Shown: piece by piece, positions 19,090 through 29,351 of the stretch
Layout: every line of letters starts with the position of its first letter
Numbering within the stretch: position 1 is the first letter of the stretch
From: Kiritimatiellia bacterium
GTDB taxonomy: Bacteria > Verrucomicrobiota > Kiritimatiellia > JAAZAB01
Direction of reading: 5' to 3'
Assembly: GCA_040767085.1 (NCBI GenBank)
Contig: JAXGPF010000003.1
Coordinates: forward strand, 448,001-512,000
DNA length: 64,000 bases
Notes under the pieces: generated by a model
The model's input: only the letters and a program-made list of their open reading frames with translations
Database searches by the model: none
What the model was told of the DNA's origin: nothing
Made by a program: the position numbers and the translations under genes

Positions 19090-20566
19090 GTCTTCCGCAA
19101 AAAATCTGCCGCCGCGCGCACGCAGGCATTGGCTGTCGCGGCGTTGTCGCGGAAAACACCGGTCTCACGGCTGGCCGCCGCCAGCGGTGTCAGCCGGAAG
19201 TTTGTGTATCGGCAATCGGCAAAAGCGAACAATATTTTAGACCAAGCGTTCGACGACAAATTCCCCTGAAACGAGGAGGTCTTGTTTTATCTGCCGGTGA
19301 CAAAGGCATGGCTCCCCGTAAGCCGTTCTCGGTCTGGTTTTAATCAGCGTCACAGCTCATTCCGGGGCGTGGTGGAGTTCATGCGCGACCTGCTGGACTT
19401 CGATATTTCCATTGGCTCGTGCATAACACGCTTATGGATGCCGTTGGCAAAGCTAAACCGTTAACGCCAGGCGTTTGGGTCTGTCAGAGTCGGCGCCCCG
19501 CTGATGAAATATTCCAGGCGCGGCAGCCGGTATTGGTCGGCGCGGACGCTGATTCCACATATTGCTATCTTTTGAGTCTGGAAAACTCGCGCGATGGCGA
19601 CACATGGGCATTGCGGCTGATGGAGCTCGGCGACAAAGGCCTTCAGCCGGATTACACTGTTGCCGACGGCGGCTTGGGACTCCGAGCCGTCGGGCAAACG
19701 CTGGCATGGCCGGATATTTCATGCCGAGGAGATGTGTTTCACGCACTCTTGGATATGGGGCGACTGACGGTATATCTGGAGAATCGCGCATTCGGCGCAA
19801 TGTCGGCTCTCGAAAAACGGAGGCAAAAATGACCAAAGCAAAAAGAAAAGGCAATGGCAACAAATACTCGAAACGTCTCGCCGTGGCCAGTCCAGGCCGA
19901 AGCCGCGGCTATCAATCTGGCCGATGATATAAGCACCTTGGCCGGATGGCTGCCACCGGCGTATATTCTTTCTCTGGCGGGCGGCAACGTTGACACCCGC
20001 CGGCAACTGTTGGATTTCGTGATTGAATCGTTGCGGCAAAGAGAACATCTGCGTCCGCACAGAATCCAGCCGGTGCGTGTCATGTTGGAAAACCAACGCG
20101 ACCTGCTCCTGGCCTTTGCGCAGGAAATAGACGATAGGCTCATTGCATCCGCCAACGAACTCAGCTTGGATCATCCGACCATGCGCCGGCTCTTTAATCA
20201 GCGCATCAAGGAACGCGCGTCCGACCAGGACCACATTGCTGATGATATTCCGTGTGAACAATCAGATGAACAATCAGAGCGCGCGGAGCAAAGCGTCCGG
20301 AAAATCATCGCCGGCACGTTGTCCGCGCCAGCTCCATTATTGAGAACATCAACAGCCGTCTCCGGCGCTACTTTTCCTGCGCCGCCAGATCGGAAACGGC
20401 TATCTGGACCTACTCCGTTTCTTCTTCAACCATCGGCGATTCCTGCGCGGTAGACATCCCGAGCGCGTTGATAAAAGTCCCGCCGGAGTACTATCCGGCA
20501 AAACTCATCCTGCTGGCTGAATTGCTGAGGTTTGGAAATGTTCAAGCGCAGCCAGACAAACCATAA
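19090..20566 (+). pseudogene. Degenerate DDE transposase-like gene (many frameshifts and stops)
   Basis: Fragments across frames: VSRLAAASGVSRKFVYRQ (HTH), VLFYLPVTKAWL, DEIFQARQPVLVGADADSTYCYLL, TVADGGLGLRA, CRGDVFHAL, RASSIIENINSRLRRY. Boundaries are approximate. Confidence 0.7.
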
Positions 20567-20929
20567 TCCCGCCCAAGTCCGATCAAATTCTTGCGCATTC
20601 ATGCGTGACAGGCGTATACTGCCTTCTGTTACCCAAAAAGGCATGTTTTTGAACCATGCCCGTTTATCTGTTTTCCTGGTTTTTGCATTCATAAAAAAGA
20701 TACCAATCCGGTTGTAATCGCCGCGCTGTGGGCGGCATGCGCAACAAAGTTGCGCCGCTACAGAAGATTCATAACTTGACAACGATGTAAATACAATAAA
20801 GTTTTTTCATGATTGCCGGAGCCGGCAGAAAAATTCCGCCGGCATAGGCTTGACAATCAGGCTGGTTTTGCGATTATGGCGGGTTAACAGGTCATGTTAA
20901 AGCAATGTTTTCAAGGTTGGCAAAAGAAA

Positions 20930-22315
20930 ATGGACAACCGCATCCCCCAACGATCCGCCCCGCCGGAACCGGAACAGGCCGCGGCGGCCGTGCGCCCGCC
21001 TATTTGCAATTGGACGCCGGAGCATGAGCCGCCGGAAATTGCGGCGTTTTTCGCCCGGCCGGCCTTCGACCCCCGGGCCGAGCAAATCGCGCGCGAAGCC
21101 CTGGCGGACATCCGGGCGCGGGGGGACGCGGCCGTGCTGGATTGCATCCGCAAATTTGAAAATCAAACCCTGGCCGCGGATAATTTGCGGGTCTCCCGGC
21201 CGGAGATCAACGCGGCCCGCGAGCAGGTGGACAGCGATTTCGTCGCCGCCTGCCGCGAGGCCCATGCCCGGATCGCGCAATTCGCCCGCGCGGGGATGAA
21301 GAAGGATTGGACCACCGCCACCCCCAAGGGCGGCGTGGTGGGCGAACAATTTTCGCCTTTGGAGCGCGTCGGCGCTTACGTCCCCGGCGGCGCCGCCCCG
21401 CTGGTCTCCACCGCCCTGATGACCATTACCCTGGCGAAGGCGGCCGGGGTGCCGGAAATCGTCGCCTGCTCGCCCGCGGCGGCGGACGGCGCGATGAACC
21501 CTTACCTGCTCTATGCCATGGAAATGGCCGGCGCCACGGAAATTTACCGTATCGGCGGCATCCAGGCCATCGGCGCCATGGCCTACGGCACGGCCACGAT
21601 TAAAAAAGTCCTGAAGATCGTGGGCCCGGGCGGCCCCTATGTGACCGCCGCCAAGCGCCAGGTGTATGGCGCCGCGGCGCTGGACCTGGTGGCTGGGCCC
21701 AGCGAAATCGCCATCCTGGCCGACGACAGCGCCGTGCCCGAACAGGTGGCCGCGGACCTGCTCTCGCAGGCGGAACACGGCACGGGCAGCGAAAAAATTC
21801 TGCTGGTCACCACTGCCGCGCGACTGGCGCAGGCGGTGCAAGTTGAACTGGCGCGCCAGACGGCGACCCTGACCCGCCGTGACGCTATCCGCCGGATTTT
21901 GGACGATGGCGCGCTGATTGTGGTGGTCAACCACCTGGATCACGGCATGGAATTATGCAACCGGTTTGCCCCGGAACATCTGGAGATCATCGTCCGCGAG
22001 CCGCGCAACTGGCTGAAAAAAGTGCGCAATGCCGGGGCCGTCTTTGTCGGCGCCTGGACGCCCGAATGCGTGGGCGACTTCGTGGCCGGCCCCAGCCATG
22101 TCCTGCCCACGGGCGGCGCCGCGGCCATGTTTTCCGGGCTGACGGTGGACGATTTCCGCAAGCGCACCAGCGTCATTTCCTTCACCCGCGCCGATTTGCA
22201 CGCAACGCTCGATACGATTGAGACCTTCGGCCGGGTGGAAGGACTGGACGCCCACGCCCGCTCCGCGCGTATCCGGTTCGCCAAAACCGCGCCGCCGCCG
22301 GCCAGCCTTGAATAA
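20930..22315 (+). CDS. hisD: Histidinol dehydrogenase
   Basis: VGAYVPGG, GGIQAIGAMAYGT, AGPSEI, DLLSQAEH, APEHLE, GDFVAGPSHVLPT, EGLDAH. Confidence 0.97.
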   Translation: MDNRIPQRSAPPEPEQAAAAVRPPICNWTPEHEPPEIAAFFARPAFDPRAEQIAREALADIRARGDAAVLDCIRKFENQTLAADNLRVSRPEINAAREQVDSDFVAACREAHARIAQFARAGMKKDWTTATPKGGVVGEQFSPLERVGAYVPGGAAPLVSTALMTITLAKAAGVPEIVACSPAAADGAMNPYLLYAMEMAGATEIYRIGGIQAIGAMAYGTATIKKVLKIVGPGGPYVTAAKRQVYGAAALDLVAGPSEIAILADDSAVPEQVAADLLSQAEHGTGSEKILLVTTAARLAQAVQVELARQTATLTRRDAIRRILDDGALIVVVNHLDHGMELCNRFAPEHLEIIVREPRNWLKKVRNAGAVFVGAWTPECVGDFVAGPSHVLPTGGAAAMFSGLTVDDFRKRTSVISFTRADLHATLDTIETFGRVEGLDAHARSARIRFAKTAPPPASLE

Positions 22316-22317
22316 GC

Positions 22318-23394
22318 ATGCAAAATTCCGAAAACCTGATTCGTGCCAGCGTCCGGAGGATGCAGGGCTACACTCCCGGAGAACAGCCCACTGATCCGGC
22401 GGTCACCAAGCTCAATACCAACGAAAACCCCTACCCGCCCTCGCCCCTGGTGCGCGAGGCGCTTGCCGCTTACGCCGCCGACAGTCTCCGGCTTTACCCC
22501 GACCCGCTCTGCAAAACCGTCCGCCGCGCCCTAGCCGACTTGCACCATTGCGACATCGAGCAGGTTTTTTTCGGCAACGGCTCGGATGAAATCCTGCGCC
22601 TGTGCGCCGAGGCTTTCGTGGGCAACGACGGCGCCATCGGATATTTCGATCCGTCATACTCGCTTTACCCGGTGCTGACCCAAATTCGCGATGTCCGGGC
22701 GCTGCCGGTCCCGCTTAACCGCGCGCTGGACTGGCCCGACCCCGATCCGGCGGCCGCGGATTTGTTTTTCCTGACCAATCCCAACGCGCCCGGCGGGCGG
22801 CATTATCCGGCCGCGCAGGTGGAACAGTTCTGCCGCCAGGCGCGCGGCGTGGTGGTGATTGATGAAGCTTACGTGGATTTTGCCGAGTTTGACTGCGCGC
22901 GGCTGGCTTTGACCCTGCCCAACACCCTGGCGCTGCGGACCCTGTCCAAATCTTATTCCCTCGCCGGCCTGCGCGCCGGGTACGCTCTCGGCCCGCCGCC
23001 GCTGATCGCGGCCATGTACAAGATCAAGGATTCCTACAATGTCAACCGCCTGATACAGGCGCTGGCATTCGCGGCCATCAACGATCAGGCATACATGCGG
23101 GCGCAAGTGAACAGGATCAAGCAGACCCGACGGCGCCTGGCCGGAGAATTAACGCGGATGGGGTGCGAGGTCTGGCCCTCGTCCGCCAATTTCCTCTGGT
23201 TGGTCCCGCCGGCGCCCGGCGCGGCGCGGCTGTATGAACTGCTGAAGGAACGCGGCATCCTGGTGCGCTATTTCCCCGGGCCGCGCACCGGCGCCAACCT
23301 GCGCATCAGCATCGGCACGGACGCGCAGACCGACCGGCTGCTGGAAACCATGCGCGCGCTGGGCCTGCAACCGCCCCGGCGGGGCGGGGTGTAA
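22318..23394 (+). CDS. hisC: Histidinol-phosphate aminotransferase
   Basis: KLNTNENPYPPSP, GNGSDE, NPNAP, IDEAYVDF, RTLSKSYSLAGLRAGY. Confidence 0.97.
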   Translation: MQNSENLIRASVRRMQGYTPGEQPTDPAVTKLNTNENPYPPSPLVREALAAYAADSLRLYPDPLCKTVRRALADLHHCDIEQVFFGNGSDEILRLCAEAFVGNDGAIGYFDPSYSLYPVLTQIRDVRALPVPLNRALDWPDPDPAAADLFFLTNPNAPGGRHYPAAQVEQFCRQARGVVVIDEAYVDFAEFDCARLALTLPNTLALRTLSKSYSLAGLRAGYALGPPPLIAAMYKIKDSYNVNRLIQALAFAAINDQAYMRAQVNRIKQTRRRLAGELTRMGCEVWPSSANFLWLVPPAPGAARLYELLKERGILVRYFPGPRTGANLRISIGTDAQTDRLLETMRALGLQPPRRGGV

Positions 23395-23559
23395 GACTAA
23401 CCTTGCGCTCCGGCGGCACCAGGTCGCCAGGGGCGGGCGGATACGTGGACCGCCCCCGCGTACCGGCGCGGCGGTGATTTCAAATTGACGCTGGCGCCGC
23501 TCCGGGGTATGCTTATTACTGGATTTCACATTGTTCCAGGATATCGAGGGGAACCGCAT

Positions 23560-24150
23560 ATGCGCGCCAGAACCGCCGCCGTCAAACGCACCACCCGCGA
23601 AACCAGCATCGCCCTGTCCCTCAACCTGGATGGCCAGGGTCGTTGCCGGATCGCTTCCGGCATGCCGTTTTTAGACCACATGCTGGAACTGCTGGCCCGC
23701 CACGCCTTGCTCGACCTGCGCCTGGAAGCCCGGGGCGACCTGGCGGTGGATTATCATCATACGGTAGAAGATATCGGCTTGTGCCTGGGCCAGGCGCTGG
23801 ATGAGGCCCTGGGTCCGCGCCGGGGCATTGCGCGTTACGGACATGCTTATGTGCCGATGGACGAAGCGCTCTGCCGGGCCGCGGTGGACCTGGGCGGCCG
23901 TCCGTTCCTGCATTATGAAATTGCCTGCCGCAAGCAGAAAATCCGGGATTTCAATCTCGGTCTGATCGAGGAAATGCTGCGCGCCTTCACCGTGCAGGGC
24001 CGGCTTAACCTGCACATTACGCATTTCTACGGCAAAGACCCGCACCATGCCGTGGAGTCGGTATTCAAGGCCCTCGCGCGCGCCCTGCGCATGGCGCTGG
24101 CGCGCGATCCGCGCGAAACCGGCATACCATCCAGCAAGGGGCGGATATGA
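23560..24150 (+). CDS. hisB: Imidazoleglycerol-phosphate dehydratase
   Basis: RTTRET, FLDHML, GDLAVDYHHTVEDIG, PMDEAL, HHAVESVFKA, PSSKG; ATG after GAGGGG. Confidence 0.97.
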   Translation: MRARTAAVKRTTRETSIALSLNLDGQGRCRIASGMPFLDHMLELLARHALLDLRLEARGDLAVDYHHTVEDIGLCLGQALDEALGPRRGIARYGHAYVPMDEALCRAAVDLGGRPFLHYEIACRKQKIRDFNLGLIEEMLRAFTVQGRLNLHITHFYGKDPHHAVESVFKALARALRMALARDPRETGIPSSKGRI

Positions 24151-24884
24151 AGTCCGGCTTCACGGTCATACCCGCCATTGACCTGCGCGGCGGACAATGC
24201 GTCCGCTTGCGCCAGGGTCTGGCCAGCCAGGCCACCGTTTATTCCAGCGCGCCCGAGGATATGGCCCGCCACTGGGCCGCGCAGGGCGCCGCCGCCCTGC
24301 ATATCGTGGACCTGGACGGCGCTTTCGCCGGCCGGCCGGCGCACACGGACGTGATCCGCGCCATGATCGCCGCCGTCCGCCATATCCCCGTGCAGGTCGG
24401 CGGCGGCTTGCGCACCGACGAGGATGTGCAGAACGTGCTCGACGCCGGCGCCGCGCGGGCGATCATCGGCACGCGCGCCTTGAGTTCGGCAGCGGAACTC
24501 CGGCGCCTGGCCGGCAAATTCGGCCAGCGTCTGGCCGTGGGCATTGACGCCCGCAATGGGATGGTCCAGGTCAGGGGCTGGACGGAAACCACCACCACGG
24601 ACGCCGCAGATCTCGCCCGGAGCGCCGCCGAGGCCGGCATCCACACGATCATTTACACCGACACCGCCACCGACGGGATGCTGCAAGGGCCCAATTACCC
24701 GGCCCTGGAGCGCCTGTGCCGCGCCGCCGCCTGCCGGGTGATTGCCTCCGGCGGCGTAGCCGCGGCGGAACATATCCGCCGCCTGGCGCAGATGCAATTG
24801 CCCAACCTGGCCGGCGTCATCGTCGGCAAGGCCCTTTACGAACAAACCGCCACGCTGCCGGAACTGCTGGAGGCAGCGGGATGA
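24147..24884 (+). CDS. hisA: ProFAR isomerase
   Basis: IPAIDLRGGQCVRLRQG, LHIVDLDGA, VQVGGGLR, DGMLQGPN, IASGGV, GVIVGKALY. Confidence 0.97.
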   Translation: MKSGFTVIPAIDLRGGQCVRLRQGLASQATVYSSAPEDMARHWAAQGAAALHIVDLDGAFAGRPAHTDVIRAMIAAVRHIPVQVGGGLRTDEDVQNVLDAGAARAIIGTRALSSAAELRRLAGKFGQRLAVGIDARNGMVQVRGWTETTTTDAADLARSAAEAGIHTIIYTDTATDGMLQGPNYPALERLCRAAACRVIASGGVAAAEHIRRLAQMQLPNLAGVIVGKALYEQTATLPELLEAAG

Positions 24885-24928
24885 TGGCGCGCGACAACGG
24901 TTTTGCATATACAAGATTGACCATGCGG

Positions 24929-25000
24929 CTGTAGTGGCGCCACTGCGTTGCGCAATCCGCTTGGGTTCGGGGAATGACGTATACCGTGCGGCCGCTACAG
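24929..25000. repeat. GTAG-type REP-like inverted pair
   Basis: CTGTAGTGGC at 24929 and GCCGCTACAG ending at 25000 (9/10 complementary). Confidence 0.35.
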
Positions 25001-25045
25001 ACGGAGGGTTTGGCGCCGGTTTAGAAAACTAAAGGTTGTTTCAGC

Positions 25046-26329
25046 ATGATTTTGAACGCTCAGATTTCCACCCTGCCGAACGGACTGCGCGTGGCGAGTT
25101 CCACCATGCCCGGGCTGCAAAGCGCGGCCATGGGCGTCTGGGTGGGTGTAGGCGGCCGGCATGAATGCCGCACCACGACCGGCATCAGCCATTTCATCGA
25201 ACACATGCTGTTCAAGGGCACCACCCAGCGCAGCGCCCGGGAAATCACCCGCGCCATCGAGGGACGCGGCGGCTATTTCAACGCATTCACCCAGGAAGAA
25301 TCCACCTGTTATTACGCCCGCGCGGCAGGCCGGCATCTCTGGCATGTCCTGGAGGTCATGGCCGACATGTACCTCCGGCCGCGGTTCGCCGCGGATGATA
25401 TCGCGCGCGAAAAAGACGTCATCCTGGAAGAACTCCAGATGATCAACGACCAGCCGGAGCAATTGGTGCAGGAGATGCTCAACACCATGCTCTGGCGCAA
25501 TCACGAGCTGGGCCGGCCGCTCACCGGCACGCCGGAAACCCTGCAAAGGATCAACCGCGAACATCTGTTGGCCTTTAAAAACAAGAAATATGTTCCTGAA
25601 AACACGCTCTTCGTGTTTGCCGGGCCCATGGCGCACGCGGAATGCATCGCCCAAACCCACGCGCTCACGCGGCGCCTGCGGCGCAAACCCGAGCCGGTCT
25701 ACCGCCTGGTGACCCGGTCCGTCGAGCAGGAGCGGCTGCAATTGCGCGCCCGGGAGATCGAGCAGACCCACCTGGCGCTGGGTTTCCGCCTGTTCGGCCG
25801 GTTCGACAAGCGCCGGTACGCCCTGCGCCTGCTGAACGTGGTGCTGGGCGAAAACATGAGTTCCCGCCTCTTTCAGAGCGTCCGCGAAAAACACGGTCTG
25901 GCTTACGCGGTACATTCCGCCGCGCAATTGTTCGCCGATACCGGCGTCCTGGCGGTCAGCGCCGGCGTGGACACCAGCCGCGCCGACCGCGCGCTGGAGC
26001 TGATCGTGCGGGAATTAAATGTCCTGAAAAAAACCGCCGTGCCGGCGCGCGAGATGGCGGAAGCCCGCGAATACGCCATCGGCAGCCTGCTGCTCGCCTT
26101 GGAAAATCCCGCCGGCCACATGCACTGGCTGGGCGAAAGCATTCTCAACTACGGACGGATTGTCCCGCCCGAGGAAATCATTGCCGGCCTGAACGCCGTT
26201 GCGGCGGAAGACCTGCGCCGGCTGGCCGGCGAATTTTTCCGACCCGACCGCACCAGCCTGGCGGTGCTGACCGGCGCCAAGTCCGCCATTTCCGCGCGGC
26301 GGGCGGAGACGCTGCTGGACGCACTGTGA
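25046..26329 (+). CDS. M16 family zinc peptidase
   Basis: LPNGLRV, GISHFIEHMLFKGT (HxxEH), NAFT, MSSRLFQSVREKHGLAY. Confidence 0.95.
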   Translation: MILNAQISTLPNGLRVASSTMPGLQSAAMGVWVGVGGRHECRTTTGISHFIEHMLFKGTTQRSAREITRAIEGRGGYFNAFTQEESTCYYARAAGRHLWHVLEVMADMYLRPRFAADDIAREKDVILEELQMINDQPEQLVQEMLNTMLWRNHELGRPLTGTPETLQRINREHLLAFKNKKYVPENTLFVFAGPMAHAECIAQTHALTRRLRRKPEPVYRLVTRSVEQERLQLRAREIEQTHLALGFRLFGRFDKRRYALRLLNVVLGENMSSRLFQSVREKHGLAYAVHSAAQLFADTGVLAVSAGVDTSRADRALELIVRELNVLKKTAVPAREMAEAREYAIGSLLLALENPAGHMHWLGESILNYGRIVPPEEIIAGLNAVAAEDLRRLAGEFFRPDRTSLAVLTGAKSAISARRAETLLDAL

Positions 26330-26387
26330 GGCGCGCGCCGGCGCGGCGCCGCCCCGCGCGTAGGAAACCCGCAAAGCTATAAACACC

Positions 26388-27529
26388 ATGAATAATACCG
26401 CTTCCGCCCAGCCCAAAAAATTCTTCCGCGGCAAAGTCTTCCCCGTCTTGCTGGGACTGCTGGTGATTATCCTGGCCCTGCTGGCGGGGGCGCACCTGGT
26501 GCTGGAACGTCATTGTGCTGTCATGGCCCGGCAACGGATTCTGCCCTGGCTTCAGGCGCGCTACCAGGCCAATGTGCAGCTGCAGAACATTTCCATCAAC
26601 ATCCTGACAGGCGTGCTGGTGGTGGAAGGCGCTACCATCGGCAATCCGCCCGGCTTTGCCGGCGCCGCCATAGCCGAGATGCCGCACTTTCGCCTGCGGC
26701 TGGCGCTGCACGACCTCTGGCGCAAAGACACCGTCACCATCCGCAGCCTGCGCATCCGTGACGCCCGGCTCAACCTTATCCGCAATCCGCAAGGGCAGTT
26801 GAACCTGGCCGGCGCGCGCGAGCTGCCGGCGGCGGCGCGCCGGGTTCATCCGGACCGGACGCACGGCCGGCCACGCCGGAATCGTCCCGGCCGCCGATGC
26901 TGGAAAAACCGCCGCGCCTGGCGGTTGACAAAGCGCGCATCCATACGCGCTTACTGTATGTGCTCACAGCCCGATTTTCCAGCCGGCGCCCCTGGAACTG
27001 GAACTGGACCTGCAGATTGCCCTGGACCGCCTGGCCAACTACGGCCGGAACGACAGGTTAACCGGAAGGTTACAGGTGGATGGCACCATCTGCGCCGCCG
27101 GCCGCACGCCCCTGGAATTGCGCGGCCGGATGGCGCGCTGACGGACCGCATCAATTGACCTTCGAACTCACCGGCTCCACCAAGCCGTTCAACTTGACCG
27201 ACGCCCCGCCGCTGGCCGCCTGGCTGGGCGTGGAGCAGGGATTGGCCGCCTGCACGATCACGCTGGCCGTGAGCAACAACGTTCTGGACCCCGACAAATC
27301 CATCCTGCATTTCAACTTCAGCGAAGCGCGCCTGGCCCCGGCGGCCCGCCGGCGCCTGCACGGCATCGCCCTGCCGCGGGTTTTCACACTGCGCATTCCG
27401 CTCAGCGGCACGCTGGAATCGCCCCACGCCGACTTCGAAGCCGCGATCGCCGGCCTGCTGACCAGCGACGATGTCATCGAGATCTTTTTTGCAGGGACTC
27501 TACCAGGCTGGCGGCCAGGCCGGCGCTGA
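26388..27529 (+). pseudogene. AsmA-like membrane-anchored protein with several frameshifts (pseudogene or sequencing indels)
   Basis: N-terminal TM, then beta-rich ISINILTG...IGNPPGF...LNL. Plausible protein continues in alternating frames (PPRLAVDKARIHTRLLYV; LELELDLQIALDRLANY; LTFELTGS...FTLRIPLSGTLESP) with shifts near 26850, 26970 and 27140. Confidence 0.6.
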
Positions 27530-27661
27530 CGCTGCGGCCCAGGCGCCGGCGGCACTACCGTAACACATCTGCTGACCACGGCTTGCGCATAAGACATGCC
27601 CTAAGTCGGGACGAGGCGTCACCTCGGATCGCCTTTATTTTCTAAATTCGGATGTTTTAGT

Positions 27662-27910
27662 GCCTTAAACCACAGCACCTGCCAAAAAAAACAAGAAAAT
27701 CGGAGGGCAGGTGCTGTGGTTTTTAAGGCGCAGTGCAAGTGCAGGCAACAAGTACAGGCTTGTCCAGTAGCAACTGGATGCAGTCAGTCCGGCATAGCCG
27801 GACAGGGAGCGGATGATTCCGGATTGGTTCCGGATCAAACTACACTTTCACTTGTACCTTGCACTTTCGACGGCAGTCCGGCGGCCGCCGGATTGTGGCC
27901 GCAGGCCGCC
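27662..27910 (+). other. Highly structured non-coding segment (candidate ncRNA or mobile-element end)
   Basis: Long inverted repeat at 27662-27683/27706-27729, a closed multibranch at 27732-27865 with three inner hairpins, and a further hairpin at 27875-27894. Confidence 0.45.
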
Positions 27911-27972
27911 TTGTTAGTTTCTTGCGGTCGCTCAGGTAACCCATGTTGTTTTTATCTAGCCAAATTTTTTAC

Positions 27973-29351
27973 TGTTCGTAACAAGTCAAGTGTCCGCTTT
28001 TTTGTAACAAGTGATCTGTCCGATTTGTTATTGTGTGTTGTTGCTCCTGGGGTGAGGATTTTCCCTCCCCCGCGGGGAAGAAAAAGTTTATGCGACGTCC
28101 TCCAGCGACGCCGAAATGTTCAACGGTCCTTGGTAGCGGCCAACCACATGCGGGCCATAACGGATGGACACCGTGCCATCGAGGTGCTCGCAGACTTTAA
28201 CCCGGCACTTGGCGAAGCTGAAACGCCATTTTGATGGTCCAATCTGCAAGCGGCGACTCCCGACAGCCACGGTATTGTCATTTTGAACCTCTCGCGCATG
28301 CTGCACAGAAAATGCTGTCCAAATCCTGCTCACCGCAAGGCACGAAACACGTTCCTGTTTCCCGCGCCTTCACCTTCATGTTGCGATTGAAGGAAGGCAG
28401 AAACTGTTGTTGAATATAGACGTTGGCCTCGGCCATCGTCCGGATTCCCGCCTGCCTTAATTCCTGCGGCAGGCGCTGCGCCAGGTCTTAAACATCCGCT
28501 CTATTCGCCCACGTCCCTGGGGGCTATAGCTCGGAATATGTTCGATCCCCAACTGTTGCAACGCCCGTCCAATTTGCGTCAATTGACGCCGGTCCACCCG
28601 CCCCGCCTTCTTTGGGCGTATAAAAGAAATGACTGCCACGATCCGTGTACAGACTGCAGAAAACCCCATGTTTAATAATGACTTCTTTCAACCCCTTCAT
28701 CACCGTTAATGTCCCTTCCTGGGGCACAAGATAGGCCGTGTAGACTTCGCTGGTGGCATCGTCCATCACCAGGATCGAATCCTGCTTCTGGCCCGCCAGC
28801 AGGGGCAACCAGGCATGGGTGCTGCCATCCACCATCAACATCATCCCCGCCATTGGTCGCCGTTCCCGCTGCTGCCGATGCGGCCCTCGTTTCCGGGCCT
28901 TCGCCACCAACCCGGCCGTCTGCAAGGCGCTCTTGACCCACTGATAACTGAGCTCGATCCCATGCTCCGCCTGCAGCTTCTCGTGAAAATGCCTCACATT
29001 GAAATCCATGTATTCTTCTCGGTACAACCTCAGCACCTGCTTCACCGTCGCAAGGGGCACGCGCCGCGGCGGTATCTTCCGCCGACGATCCAGCAGCCCG
29101 TCGTAACCATACCGCTCGCGCGCCCTTTCCAGCGCCGCATGGTCGGTAGCTCACACCTAGTATCTCCGCCGCCTCCCACCACATTAACCGCCCTTCAATC
29201 GCACGCAAGATCACTTCCTGTACCTTCATTGCCCGCTCCAGTGCTGCCTTCGGATATTCATCCATATAACCCCCTTTGAATGCACCATCCTGACAGCTTT
29301 AAGCGGACAAATCATTTGTTAATTATGCGGCCAAGTCATTTGTTTACGACA
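27973..29351 (-). mobile_element. IS1202/ISNCY-type insertion sequence, 1379 bp
   Basis: Ends TGTTCGTAACAAGTCAAGTGTCCGC and (reverse complement) TGTCGTAAACAAATGACTTGGCCGC, each followed by a second TAACAA(G/A)TGAT(C/T)TGTCCG repeat; TGT...ACA termini; no target duplication. Confidence 0.8.
28088..29265 (-). pseudogene. Frameshifted DDE transposase (rve-like) of the IS
   Basis: Fragments AMKVQEVILRA...EAAEILGVS, DFNVRHFHEKL, MVDGSTHAW, VMDDATS, LYTDRGSHF, TQIGRALQQLGIEHI...SPQGRGRIERMFKT, REVQNDNTV split over at least four frame changes. Confidence 0.85.

Noticed and set aside
27582-27610. dif-like XerC arm CTTGCGCATAA near the island edge, plus a weaker candidate at about 27929-27956 beside the IS1202-like end
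   Set aside because: No matching XerD arm (TTATGTTAAAT-like) after a 6-bp spacer in either case.
27732-27865. tRNA or hammerhead ribozyme reading of the multibranch structure
   Set aside because: Too long for a tRNA and lacks the T-loop GTTCRA and CCA end; no CTGATGA/GAAA core in the required arrangement.
27716-28234. 172-aa + strand ORF over the structured region
   Set aside because: It crosses the IS end, has atypical composition and shows no motifs.
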